Source: Myxococcota bacterium
GTDB taxonomy: Bacteria > Myxococcota_C > UBA6777
Length of the DNA: 59,005 nucleotides
Direction of reading: 5' to 3'
Assembly: GCA_023150835.1 (NCBI GenBank)
Contig: JAKLKB010000112.1
Location: 1 to 59,005, forward strand
How positions within the stretch are numbered: position 1 is the stretch's first letter; every line of letters begins with the position of its first letter. Below the pieces are notes generated by a model. That model was not told where the DNA came from, searched no databases, and saw nothing but the letters and a program-made list of their open reading frames with translations. Made by a program: the position numbers and the translations under genes. Below are positions 9,635-18,633 of the stretch, piece after piece.

Positions 9635-10345
9635 ATGTTATCGCATAAGCTGTGGGAGATGGCGCAGATCGGCGCGGAATGGGTGTTGTATTTGTTGTTG
9701 GCGTTGAGCTTGTATTCGATCGCGATCATGGTCGAGCGCGTGGTGTTTTTCTGGCGTGTGCGCAGCGATATCGAGCAGTTGCGTCGGCGTCTGCGTCGAA
9801 GTCTTCAGGAAGGCGGAGCGGCCCGAGCATCCGAGCAGTTTGCTCGTGAAGAAACGCCTGAAGTGGTGATCTTGCGTGAGTCGTTGGCGATGGCAGCGGG
9901 GGGGGCCGATGCGGTTCAAGAAGCGGCAGCGGGGGTTCGTGAGCAGCAAAAGATCAAGCTGGAGCGCGGGTTAATTGTCTTGGGTACGTTGGGCAACAAC
10001 GCCCCATTCATCGGGCTATTTGGAACGGTATTGGGGATCATCAACGCCTTTCGCGACCTGTCCACAACCCAGCTCAGTCAGTCGGGAAACAAGCTGATGG
10101 GTAGCATCTCCGAAGCGTTGGTGGCGACGGCGGTCGGGTTGTTGTTGGCGATCCCTGCGGTCTTGGCGTTCAACTTTTTCCAGCGTCGTGTCAAAGTGAC
10201 GTTGTCTGGGGCGGATACGTTGTTGCACGAGCTTCTTGCGTACTTGCGAAGCCGAGAAGCACACGATCCCCAATTCGTGCAACCTGTGATCTTGCCGCCT
10301 CGAAAAAACGAATCTCGCGCATCCACCGAAGAACGCGCTGGATAA
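9635..10345 (+). CDS. exbB: MotA/TolQ/ExbB proton channel protein
   Basis: LGTLGNNAPFIGLFGTVLGII and ISEALVATAVGL..AIPA. Confidence 0.93.
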   Translation: MLSHKLWEMAQIGAEWVLYLLLALSLYSIAIMVERVVFFWRVRSDIEQLRRRLRRSLQEGGAARASEQFAREETPEVVILRESLAMAAGGADAVQEAAAGVREQQKIKLERGLIVLGTLGNNAPFIGLFGTVLGIINAFRDLSTTQLSQSGNKLMGSISEALVATAVGLLLAIPAVLAFNFFQRRVKVTLSGADTLLHELLAYLRSREAHDPQFVQPVILPPRKNESRASTEERAG

Positions 10346-10367
10346 CCCGCTTCAAGGAGTGACCCAG

Positions 10368-10802
10368 ATGGCTGGTAAAGCTGGCGGCCAAGACGACGAT
10401 GTGATCGTCGATATCAACGTCACACCGCTTGTCGACGTGGTGTTGGTGTTGTTGATTATCTTTATGGTGACGGCGCGTCTGATGGTGCCACCTGCGATCC
10501 CTGTGGAGCTTCCGAAAGCCAGTACAGGGGAGGGAGGCGAGCCTTCTTCTTTGGCGATCACCATCACACGCGCAGACAAAGCCTTGCCCGAGCGCTATTA
10601 CATCAATGGGACGGAGGTGACACCGCCTGCTTTGCGCGAGCGGGTGTCTTCGGAACTCAAGAAAAAAGGTAGCAAAAAGCTCCAAGTCGTGATCGCGGCA
10701 GATCAGCTTGTTCCGCATGGGAAGGTGATGTGGTTGCTCGATACGCTCCGTCAATTGGGCGTTGAGCAATACGCATTCAATATCAATCCGAGTGCGCCTT
10801 GA
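10368..10802 (+). CDS. exbD: ExbD/TolR biopolymer transport protein
   Basis: INVTPLVDVVLVLLIIFMVT and IAAD..VPHG.V. Confidence 0.94.
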   Translation: MAGKAGGQDDDVIVDINVTPLVDVVLVLLIIFMVTARLMVPPAIPVELPKASTGEGGEPSSLAITITRADKALPERYYINGTEVTPPALRERVSSELKKKGSKKLQVVIAADQLVPHGKVMWLLDTLRQLGVEQYAFNINPSAP

Positions 10803-10815
10803 GGAAGGGGACGTG

Positions 10816-11670
10816 ATGAGGAGCTTACTCGCGACGTTGCGAGAAAAAAAACGGCTGCGTTGGAGCGTTGCTTCGGTTGCATCGGCGTTGCTGCATACAG
10901 GACTGGCTTTTGGTTTGATCCTTTATAAACCAGCGCCGCGCCCGCCTGAGCCCAAAAAGGTGCATTTTCGTTTGCTCAAGCCGCGCCCAGAACCTCCGCG
11001 CCCTGCACCACGCCCCGAACCTCCGCCCACTCCGCGACCTGTGATCCGCCCCAAACCTCGGCCAAAACCACGCATCCGTCCGCGCATCCGCCCTCGTCCT
11101 CGACCGCGTGCTGTTCGGCCCATCCCACCGCCCAATCAACCTCCGCGACGTCCGCCCCCCCGCGCCGAAGAAGCGCAGCCGATCTTTGGCGTCTCGATGG
11201 ATTCCGTGTCGCAAAAGCCGGGTGGACGGAACGCCATCCGTGTTGGAAATACGCTGATGAAAGAACCCGAAGGGCGTTTTACTCCTCCCAGTCAGGTTCG
11301 CTCTTACAACGCTCCTGAGGGCGAGGCTGGAGATCCTCAAGGGACGGGAAAAAAAGATGTGTTTCAGCCTGTCCCCGACTTCGAGTTGGATCAATACCCC
11401 CAAGAGGTCCAATGCCCCAAAGCCAAGTACCCTCCCGAAGCCGAGCGGCTCGGTATCCAAGCTGTGATCGTTTCGAGCCTAGAGATCCGACAAAATGGAC
11501 GGATCCGCCGTGTTCGTGTGATCAGCGTTCGACCCGATGGGTCCGACAAGTATGGATTTTCAAAGTCTGTTCGTGCGGCTTTGATGCGTTGTCGGTTTCG
11601 AGCCGCACGTTACAAAGGAAAAGCGGTCGACGCCGTCATCCGCTACACTTCTCGTTTTGTTCCAGAGTGA
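10816..11670 (+). CDS. tonB: Energy transducer TonB
   Basis: N-terminal TM with S..LH motif, Pro/Arg-rich linker, C-terminal YPPEAERLGI TonB domain. Confidence 0.88.
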   Translation: MRSLLATLREKKRLRWSVASVASALLHTGLAFGLILYKPAPRPPEPKKVHFRLLKPRPEPPRPAPRPEPPPTPRPVIRPKPRPKPRIRPRIRPRPRPRAVRPIPPPNQPPRRPPPRAEEAQPIFGVSMDSVSQKPGGRNAIRVGNTLMKEPEGRFTPPSQVRSYNAPEGEAGDPQGTGKKDVFQPVPDFELDQYPQEVQCPKAKYPPEAERLGIQAVIVSSLEIRQNGRIRRVRVISVRPDGSDKYGFSKSVRAALMRCRFRAARYKGKAVDAVIRYTSRFVPE

Positions 11671-11716
11671 GCCGCTCTAACGAGCCTCAAGGAGCGACTC
11701 CGTTGGTGTTGTGTAT

Positions 11717-11812
11717 GTGGGGCGCTGCCCCACGCCCCGCCATAGAGCGCGGCTCCCTTGACCCCGTATTAAGGCCAATGTTCGGTCGCGGGCGGTTCGC
11801 GAACCGCCCCTA
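11717..11812. repeat. Partial family B repeat fused to a classic GTAG-type REP (GGGCGGTTCGCGAACCGCCCCTAC)
   Basis: GTGGGGCGCTGCCCCAC..CCCTTGACCCCGTAT resembles the 54103 copy; perfect palindrome followed by CTAC. Confidence 0.75.
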
Positions 11813-11916
11813 CAATATGCTGATATCTTAGGGTTTTCCTTTTCAACTGCGTAACTCCTATACCTATTGAAAGGAAGTGTTGTGTGTTAAAGATCACGGC
11901 GGACGTACGGGGCCGC

Positions 11917-14640
11917 ATGATGCAGAAGCCGAAGCGACCGAAGGTACAGTGGTTTGTTTGGCTTGGGTTTTGTTTGGCGGTAGGGAGCCTCTTGTTGATC
12001 TCGCCGAACGCATCGGCACAACCCACGCCGCCTAACACCGCAAAACCTGCGGCCACTCCCCAAGGCTTTGTCCCTCCGAAGCTTCTGCAATTTGTTCAAG
12101 CTCCTTATCCCAAAGAAGCCTTGAAAGCCCGAAAAACAGGGGCTGTTTTGTTGCAGTTGATCGTCGATGCAACGGGCAAAGTGGTGAAAGCAACGGTGGT
12201 CGAATCCGCAGGGGCAGAATTCGATCAAGCGGCTCTTTCGGCAGTACAGCGCTTTGCGTTTCAACCCGCCACTTTCAAAGGCAAGCCCGTTCCTGTGCGC
12301 ATCGCGTATCGGTATCGTTTTACGCTCCAAACCATCGCTGCTTCGAGACCTGCCACACGGCCCAAACCTGTATCCCTGCCGACGACCCAAGCGGCCTTGC
12401 CTCCGCCGCGTCGAGCGATCGAATCTCGTACGCTCGATAGTGCGGGGGCTTCGATGGTTCGTGGCTTTTTGCGTGAACGCGGAACGCGCCGTCCGATCGA
12501 AGGCGCACCGGTCTACTTGCTCGGGCGGAAACGCTACCAAGCGATCACCGATCCCGAAGGGGCCTTTGCGATCCCCAACGTGCAGCCCGGGCGTTATCGT
12601 TTCGTTGCGCCTGTTCCCAACTTTGAAAAGCTCCGTCAGACCGTCACGGTGGCGCGCAAAAAAACACTCGACTTGCAAGTTTACTTGCGTTCCACCTCGG
12701 AGGAGCTGTTTCAAAGCGTGACCCGAGCCAAGCGCCAGCGCCTTGAGATCCATCAGCAAAGCCTCCAAGAAGAAGAGATCCGCATCGCCCCCGGAACCCA
12801 AGGCGATCCGCTCAAAGTCATACAAAACCTTCCCGGGGTTGCGCGAACTCCCTTGAATGCAGGGGCTTTTATCGTGCGCGGTTCTGCCCCGGGAGATACA
12901 CGCACTTATCTCGACGGTCATCAGATCCCGCAGTTGTACCATTTTGGCGGACTGACCGCTGTCGTGAACGGCGATATGGCCCAACGCCTCGACTTTATCC
13001 CGGGTGGTTTTAGTGTCGCGTATGGGCGCGGGATGGGCGGTGTGATCCATCTGCAAACGCGCCCGGGAAAAGATCGTTTTCATGGTTATGTCGATCTCGA
13101 TATCATCGATGTGGGGCTTTTTTTAGAGGGGCCGTTGTGGAAAGGCGCTACCTTTGTGGCCTCTTTTCGGCGGAGTCACTTGGATCTGTTTCTGAATCTG
13201 ATCTTGCCGCAGAATCGGGCTTTTGATCTCACGGTTGCGCCGCGTTATTACGACTACCAGTTCAAGATCGACTGGAACGTGGATCGGCACAATCGCTTGA
13301 CGTTGATGTACTTTGGTTCGGGTGACAAGCTGTCCTTTTTGCGCAGCGAGCCTGTGGGACGCTCCGATATACGCGGAGACTTTTTGTTTTATACGGCCTT
13401 TCATCGCTTGAACTTCTCGTGGGCTTTTCGGCTTGGAAACACTTTTGAACACGATCTTGCCGTACAGATCGGCACGACCAGCACCGATACCAAAGGCGGA
13501 GATCAGTTTGCATTCGGATTGTTCGAGCCGATCTTGTCGATCCGCGATGAGATGCGTTGGACTCCCTTTAAGCAATTGATGATCCGAGCAGGTCTCGATA
13601 TGCGCCTACGCTACGAGGAACAGCGCTTTGATGCCCCGCCTTCGACGCCGCGTGTGGGAGACGGAAACACGGGTGGAACGAACATCTTGCGCGATCTCAA
13701 GGAAAATCTGATCAATACATGGATCCCTGAGCCTGCCTTGTATCTTGAGGCCGCGTGGATGCCGATCCCTTCGTTGCGGATCGTACCCGGGATACGGGTC
13801 GATTTCTTTGGGCGCACCAAAGAATTCACCTTTGATCCGCGCTTTAACGTGGCTTGGGATCCGATCAAGATGCTGACGCTCAAGGCGAGTGTTGGTCTGT
13901 TTTCGCAACCTGCCTCGGGGCTGAATTCTTCCGAGATGTTTGGAAACCCCGATATACGGGCGGAAAAGGCGATGCACTATGTCCTAGGTGCAGAAGTCCG
14001 CTGGACGGAGTTCTTTGCGACCGAAGTCAACGGATATTACAAAGATCTGAGCGGTTTGGTGGTGAGCAGCAGCGACGTGGTGGTGCGCAACGGCCAAGAA
14101 GTCCCAGAGCGTGTCACCAACAAGGGCCAAGGCCGCGCCTATGGCGTCGAATTCTTGATCCGCCACAAGCCACACGGAAAGTTCTTTGGATGGATCAGCT
14201 ATACACTCGGTCGTTCCGAGCGATTGAATCGTACTACACAAGAGTGGGAGTTGTTCAACTTTGATCAAACGCACATCTTGACGCTGCTTGGGGCTTACAA
14301 GATCGGTTGGGGTCTGACGTTGAGTGCGCGTTTTCGGTTGGTTTCGGGGAACCCGTACACGCCGTATACAGGTGGGATCTACAACGCAGACTCGTTTGGT
14401 TACCTGCCGATCCGAGGCAAGACCAACTCCGCACGCGCCGAGCTTTTCCATCAACTCGATCTGCGCCTTGATTACGAATACGCCTTCCCGACGTGGAAAA
14501 TGATCTTTTACTTGGATGTCCAGAATGTTTACTACCAACTGAACCAAGAAGGTCGGATCAACAATTATGACTACACCAAACAAGCCCCCCTTACGGGCAT
14601 CCCGATCTTGCCTTCTATCGGGATTAAAGCGCAGTTTTGA
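11917..14640 (+). CDS. TonB-dependent receptor with N-terminal TonB-C and carboxypeptidase-regulatory-like domains
   Basis: Signal peptide, YP.EA...G.V.L TonB_C domain, plug (GDPLKVIQNLPGV, LYHFGG, GGF...YG...GGVI), beta-barrel, C-terminal Phe. Confidence 0.92.
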   Translation: MMQKPKRPKVQWFVWLGFCLAVGSLLLISPNASAQPTPPNTAKPAATPQGFVPPKLLQFVQAPYPKEALKARKTGAVLLQLIVDATGKVVKATVVESAGAEFDQAALSAVQRFAFQPATFKGKPVPVRIAYRYRFTLQTIAASRPATRPKPVSLPTTQAALPPPRRAIESRTLDSAGASMVRGFLRERGTRRPIEGAPVYLLGRKRYQAITDPEGAFAIPNVQPGRYRFVAPVPNFEKLRQTVTVARKKTLDLQVYLRSTSEELFQSVTRAKRQRLEIHQQSLQEEEIRIAPGTQGDPLKVIQNLPGVARTPLNAGAFIVRGSAPGDTRTYLDGHQIPQLYHFGGLTAVVNGDMAQRLDFIPGGFSVAYGRGMGGVIHLQTRPGKDRFHGYVDLDIIDVGLFLEGPLWKGATFVASFRRSHLDLFLNLILPQNRAFDLTVAPRYYDYQFKIDWNVDRHNRLTLMYFGSGDKLSFLRSEPVGRSDIRGDFLFYTAFHRLNFSWAFRLGNTFEHDLAVQIGTTSTDTKGGDQFAFGLFEPILSIRDEMRWTPFKQLMIRAGLDMRLRYEEQRFDAPPSTPRVGDGNTGGTNILRDLKENLINTWIPEPALYLEAAWMPIPSLRIVPGIRVDFFGRTKEFTFDPRFNVAWDPIKMLTLKASVGLFSQPASGLNSSEMFGNPDIRAEKAMHYVLGAEVRWTEFFATEVNGYYKDLSGLVVSSSDVVVRNGQEVPERVTNKGQGRAYGVEFLIRHKPHGKFFGWISYTLGRSERLNRTTQEWELFNFDQTHILTLLGAYKIGWGLTLSARFRLVSGNPYTPYTGGIYNADSFGYLPIRGKTNSARAELFHQLDLRLDYEYAFPTWKMIFYLDVQNVYYQLNQEGRINNYDYTKQAPLTGIPILPSIGIKAQF

Positions 14641-14644
14641 TGCG

Positions 14645-15736
14645 ATGATGACACTCCGACTACACTGCTTTCGATTTTCGATCTTTCGATCTCGCCGATA
14701 TTTGCGCAGCCTTGGGTGCCTGAGCTTTTTGGCTCTTTTGGTAGGCTGCGTCAATCAATGCGAGGTCCCCTTTCCACCGAGTTCTTTTATCGACAAGATG
14801 CGCATCTTGGCGATCCAAGCCGAGCCGCCCGAAGTGACACCCGGGCAGCCCGTGAAGCTGCGTTTTTTGGCGGTCGACAGCAAAGGCATCGTCCCTTCGA
14901 CGGGGTTTTTGCCCTTTCCTTCGTGTCTTTCAGACGGCGGACCTGCCGATCCTTCGGCGCTTTGGGTGGGTTGTTTGCCGGGGGTCGGACCTGTCGAAGA
15001 TAGCTCGCGTTCTTGCACAGACTTTTCGTTTGTTTCGGGGGCGTCGGATGGCGGTGTGGCCGATGCTGGAGGGGCCGATGCTGGCGGAGGCATCGATCTG
15101 AGCAAGTTTCAGATCACTTCGCCACCTTGCGGGGTTTCGGTGAGTTGGCAAACGCCCGCAGCGTATCTGAATCCGTTGAACGTAGAAGAACAAACCAAAG
15201 GCCGAGAAGCTGTGATGGTGCTTTCTGCTCGGATACAAGGGCTTGATCAAGTTTCCTTCAAGCGCGTACGCCTGTCCAAACGCGAACCCCCCAAGCAAAA
15301 CACCAATCCACGCTTTTTGGGCGTCACGATGGGCGGGATGGAGGTGGATTGTTGCGACGAGCGAAACCCCGACGCTTGCAAGCCTCACGAGATCCCCGCT
15401 GATGCGTCGATCGAGATCCGCGCCCGCATCGATCCGCAATCCCAAGATCTCCTGCCAACACCGCTTCCCGATCAGCCACGCGAAGATATCTCGATCGTCT
15501 GGTTTACCAACGCGGGCGAGTTCAACCGCCAATCGACCGTCTTGTCGGGCAAAAATAACCCCAAAAATAGCCCTTGGCCGACATGGTTTCCCACAGACTT
15601 CCAAGGAAAGCCGCTTCCCGAAGGAACGCAAGCGACCCTTGTCGCGGTTGCACAAGACTTTCGTGGAGGGATCGGATGGATGGTCTGCCGTCTTCGGCTT
15701 GGTCCGCCCAAGAAAACGGAAGCTGTTCCTGATTGA
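14645..15736 (+). CDS. Lipoprotein associated with the TBDR
   Basis: Lipobox LVGC; 'RILAIQAEPPE' and 'D.RGG.GW' motifs commonly seen downstream of myxobacterial TBDRs. Confidence 0.75.
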   Translation: MMTLRLHCFRFSIFRSRRYLRSLGCLSFLALLVGCVNQCEVPFPPSSFIDKMRILAIQAEPPEVTPGQPVKLRFLAVDSKGIVPSTGFLPFPSCLSDGGPADPSALWVGCLPGVGPVEDSSRSCTDFSFVSGASDGGVADAGGADAGGGIDLSKFQITSPPCGVSVSWQTPAAYLNPLNVEEQTKGREAVMVLSARIQGLDQVSFKRVRLSKREPPKQNTNPRFLGVTMGGMEVDCCDERNPDACKPHEIPADASIEIRARIDPQSQDLLPTPLPDQPREDISIVWFTNAGEFNRQSTVLSGKNNPKNSPWPTWFPTDFQGKPLPEGTQATLVAVAQDFRGGIGWMVCRLRLGPPKKTEAVPD

Positions 15737-15805
15737 CGGCCAAAGGTCTTTGGGGAGGCGGGATGTGAGGGGGTTGCGTGCGGATGGTTTGGGTGGTTGT
15801 GTTGT

Positions 15806-16339
15806 TTATTTCGTGGTTTGAAGTTTGGTTCCCGAGCAGTAGAGGTCGCAGGTCGTGCTGAGGTTGAAGAATTCGCAGGTGGCCGCACAAGCAAACTTGG
15901 CGACATATTGGGCGTCCCAATCGCCTTTGTCGTCTTTGTCGGGGCCTGTCAATTGGCCGGTGATGGTGGTGCTAGAAGGGTCACATTTGGCAGGGGCCGA
16001 AGGGAACGGGCCCGTGCCCGTAATGGTGCGTCCGTCGGTGAGTTTGAAGTTCAGGGTGACTTCGTTTCCTGTGGCTTTTCCATCGACTTTGACGAATTTG
16101 GTGGCGTCGGTTTCTCCTGTGGGCTTCATCAATCCGGTGATTGCTCCTTTCTCGTCTTGTTGAAGCGCAAGTTTTCCTTTGAGGGTCATACCGCTGTTGG
16201 CTCCGCTTCGGACGTTGACGTTGAAATCGTACTGGCAAGATTGAAGCGAAGCGTTGTTGGTGGCGGGTGTACCGCAAGCAGCCAGAAACAACAGACCAAA
16301 AAACACAGCAAACCATTGACCAAAGAAGTAGAAACGCAT
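15806..16339 (-). CDS. Hypothetical lipoprotein with Cys-rich C-terminus
   Basis: RBS AAGGAG; lipobox LAAC; beta-rich body; C-terminal CAATC..TCDLYC. Confidence 0.75.
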   Translation of the reverse strand: MRFYFFGQWFAVFFGLLFLAACGTPATNNASLQSCQYDFNVNVRSGANSGMTLKGKLALQQDEKGAITGLMKPTGETDATKFVKVDGKATGNEVTLNFKLTDGRTITGTGPFPSAPAKCDPSSTTITGQLTGPDKDDKGDWDAQYVAKFACAATCEFFNLSTTCDLYCSGTKLQTTK

Positions 16340-16797
16340 GGGGTTCTCCTTTACGGATCGTTTTCGTTGTGGGCAACACTCTCGCGGGTGCGTTGCGAGA
16401 GGAGAGGGTGAGGCGTGAAAGATTCATGATGGATAACAATGGTTTTTGAGATCTGTCAACCGATCGCAGTGTTTTGGAACCTTCGACAAGTGTTTGGTTC
16501 AGGAAATTTGGATAGGTGTGGCTTGTGGACAAAAAACCCCGTATTCGTAGCGCCTCGATCGGTAGGGGCGTGGGTTTGGAAAACGTAGGGCCGCCCTGCC
16601 GATACGGGACGGAACCTCACGAAAGCCAGAAGCAAGCTAGAAGCAAGCTAGAAATTTGGCAAAAGCAGTTCTTTGTTTGCAATATAAGTCAGTATCGCTT
16701 GATTTTTGTAACTTTGGTGCTTGAGCAGCAAGGTTCTTCGGGGTCCGTTCAAACCAACGCCATGAGAGAGGTATCAAGATGCAACACATTTCAGCCA

Positions 16798-16825
16798 GGG
16801 CAACCACAGGGGGTTGCCCCTACGA
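16798..16825 (-). repeat. Isolated GTAG-type REP hairpin (family A core)
   Basis: GGGCAACCACAGGGGGTTGCCCCTAC. Confidence 0.75.
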
Positions 16826-16938
16826 TCTCTGTTGCGTCGGTGACCTCTTCATCGCCATCTTTTTTGAACGAACCCGTTCTTCGGGCGCGAAAGTTGAAGA
16901 AACTTAGTGATACTTACTTAGGAGTTGCGTCGTTGAGC

Positions 16939-16990
16939 AAAAAACCCGTGTTCGTGCCTGTTCAAGCGAGAGAGTCGTTGGTGTGAAAAA
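16939..16990 (+). repeat. Partial family B repeat
   Basis: AAAAACCCGTGTTCGTG..CAAGCGAGAGAGTCGTTGGTGTGAAAA matches the 5' half of the 23237 copy. Confidence 0.65.
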
Positions 16991-17058
16991 TGGTGATGGC
17001 TTTGTAATACTGCGAGGGTGGTGTAGAGGACGGTCTTGACGAGCCAAGGGAGAGCGCG

Positions 17059-18534
17059 ATGAGGAGCCGAGAAGAGGCAAAACAAGTACACGAACAAGCG
17101 GAGAACGAAGGGGACGCGATCGAACTGGCCAAGCAAAGTTTGCTGCTGGACCTTTTCGCGCATTTGCAGCCGAAAGAGGGGGAGTTTTGGTTTTTGGAAA
17201 GTGACGGGAGCGATGTTTGTTTGCAGGCAGGGGTCGAAGCGCGGCAGTTAGAGCAGGCTGCACAGCAAGAGGCGATGGTTGCTTTGCGCGATCTTCCATT
17301 GTGGCGATGGCTTCGGCCTTTTCTGCGATCAGGATTTTTCTTGGGAGCGCGGGGGATGGCGCTGCGTGCGCTGTATGCGTTGAGCGACGGGCGGTTGGCG
17401 TTGCGTTTCGTGTTGGGTGGGCGGCGGGTGCGTGAGCCTGTGCAATGGCAAGCCCACCTTGAAGCGTGGTTACAATCCGTTGGGATATCACGGCAACAAG
17501 GGCCGCATCGCATCTTGCAGATCGATGGAGCGGTATACGAGACGTTGCAGGAGATGATCTACCTCGGCCAAGCCCGCGCACCCGGGATCTTGTTGATCGA
17601 GCCAGAACATTTTGAGGAAGATCTTTCTGACCTGCTGCATCTTTTGGAAACGGCCTTCACAAGGGGTTTTTGGGTGTTGCTCCATGTTCCTTTGCGCACA
17701 GCAGATCCGCGTAATTCGGTATCTGGAGCGACTTACGAGTCCCTGATTCAGGGGTTAGAAGAACTCCAAGTGTCGCTGTGGTCTGTCGAAGTCGGAGGTG
17801 TCGGAGCGACTTGGCCGCACACACGCCGAAGTGCGTGGTGGGTGATCGCTCCGAACGAAGGGATACAGGCGTTTCGTGCGCAGGCGTGGAGTCACTTGCG
17901 GAGGCTGTTTGAAACGGGGTTTCAGCGGGCAAAAGAAGGACTCAAGATCAAGGATCTCTGTGAGTCGATGTTGTTGGAAGGCTCGTTGGATGCGGAAGGT
18001 GCCTTGATGCGGTCTTTTCCGCGAGAAGCGGGCTACCAGCTTTTTTTGGATCGAGCGATCCCTTCGGACATTAAAGCGATCTTGGATCTGTGGGAATCTT
18101 TGATGGATGAACACGCCCGAGAGACCAGCCTTTTTCAACGCCGTCCGACAGCGCGTTATTCTTTGCGTCGGACGTTTCTCAACTATCTAACCCAGCCCGG
18201 ACATCTGTTGTTGGTCTTGCGCCACCTTCAACACCCGATCGGATTTTTGTCGGCTTGTGTGACACGAACCCCGCTGTTGCAGGAAAATCGTTTTGGTCAG
18301 ATCATCGACACATACATCCAGCCCGCTTTTCGGGGCCATCAGTTGGGCAGTGCGATGGTGCGTTGCGCGATCGAATGGTTTCAGACCCAAGGCATCCAAC
18401 AAGTCGAGTTGAACTTTGCCACGCACAACCACGCAGCGGAGCGATTTTGGCGGCGTCATGGGTTTTCGCCCTACTTGTGCATCGCAACCCAACGCATCGC
18501 ATCGAAAGTATCGAATAATCGGGGCGATCTGTGA
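17059..18534 (+). CDS. GNAT N-acetyltransferase fused to an unknown ~330-aa N-terminal domain
   Basis: C-terminal YIQPAFRGHQLGSAM and N.AA..FW.R.GF GNAT motifs. Confidence 0.8.
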   Translation: MRSREEAKQVHEQAENEGDAIELAKQSLLLDLFAHLQPKEGEFWFLESDGSDVCLQAGVEARQLEQAAQQEAMVALRDLPLWRWLRPFLRSGFFLGARGMALRALYALSDGRLALRFVLGGRRVREPVQWQAHLEAWLQSVGISRQQGPHRILQIDGAVYETLQEMIYLGQARAPGILLIEPEHFEEDLSDLLHLLETAFTRGFWVLLHVPLRTADPRNSVSGATYESLIQGLEELQVSLWSVEVGGVGATWPHTRRSAWWVIAPNEGIQAFRAQAWSHLRRLFETGFQRAKEGLKIKDLCESMLLEGSLDAEGALMRSFPREAGYQLFLDRAIPSDIKAILDLWESLMDEHARETSLFQRRPTARYSLRRTFLNYLTQPGHLLLVLRHLQHPIGFLSACVTRTPLLQENRFGQIIDTYIQPAFRGHQLGSAMVRCAIEWFQTQGIQQVELNFATHNHAAERFWRRHGFSPYLCIATQRIASKVSNNRGDL

Positions 18535-18633
18535 TCCGAGCGCAGGGGGTTGACAATTTCTGAGGAGGGGACTTTTCTTAGAACAGGTGTTATACGATAT
18601 CCAAGTGATGTATATTCGCGTGGAGTGGCAAGT

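Noticed and set aside
11670-11916. Cobalamin riboswitch or Fur box upstream of the TBDR
   Set aside because: The hairpins belong to repeat families B and REP; no B12-box or Fur consensus recognised
16516-16986. 156-aa ORF
   Set aside because: Built from REP/repeat fragments in an intergenic region; no protein-like features
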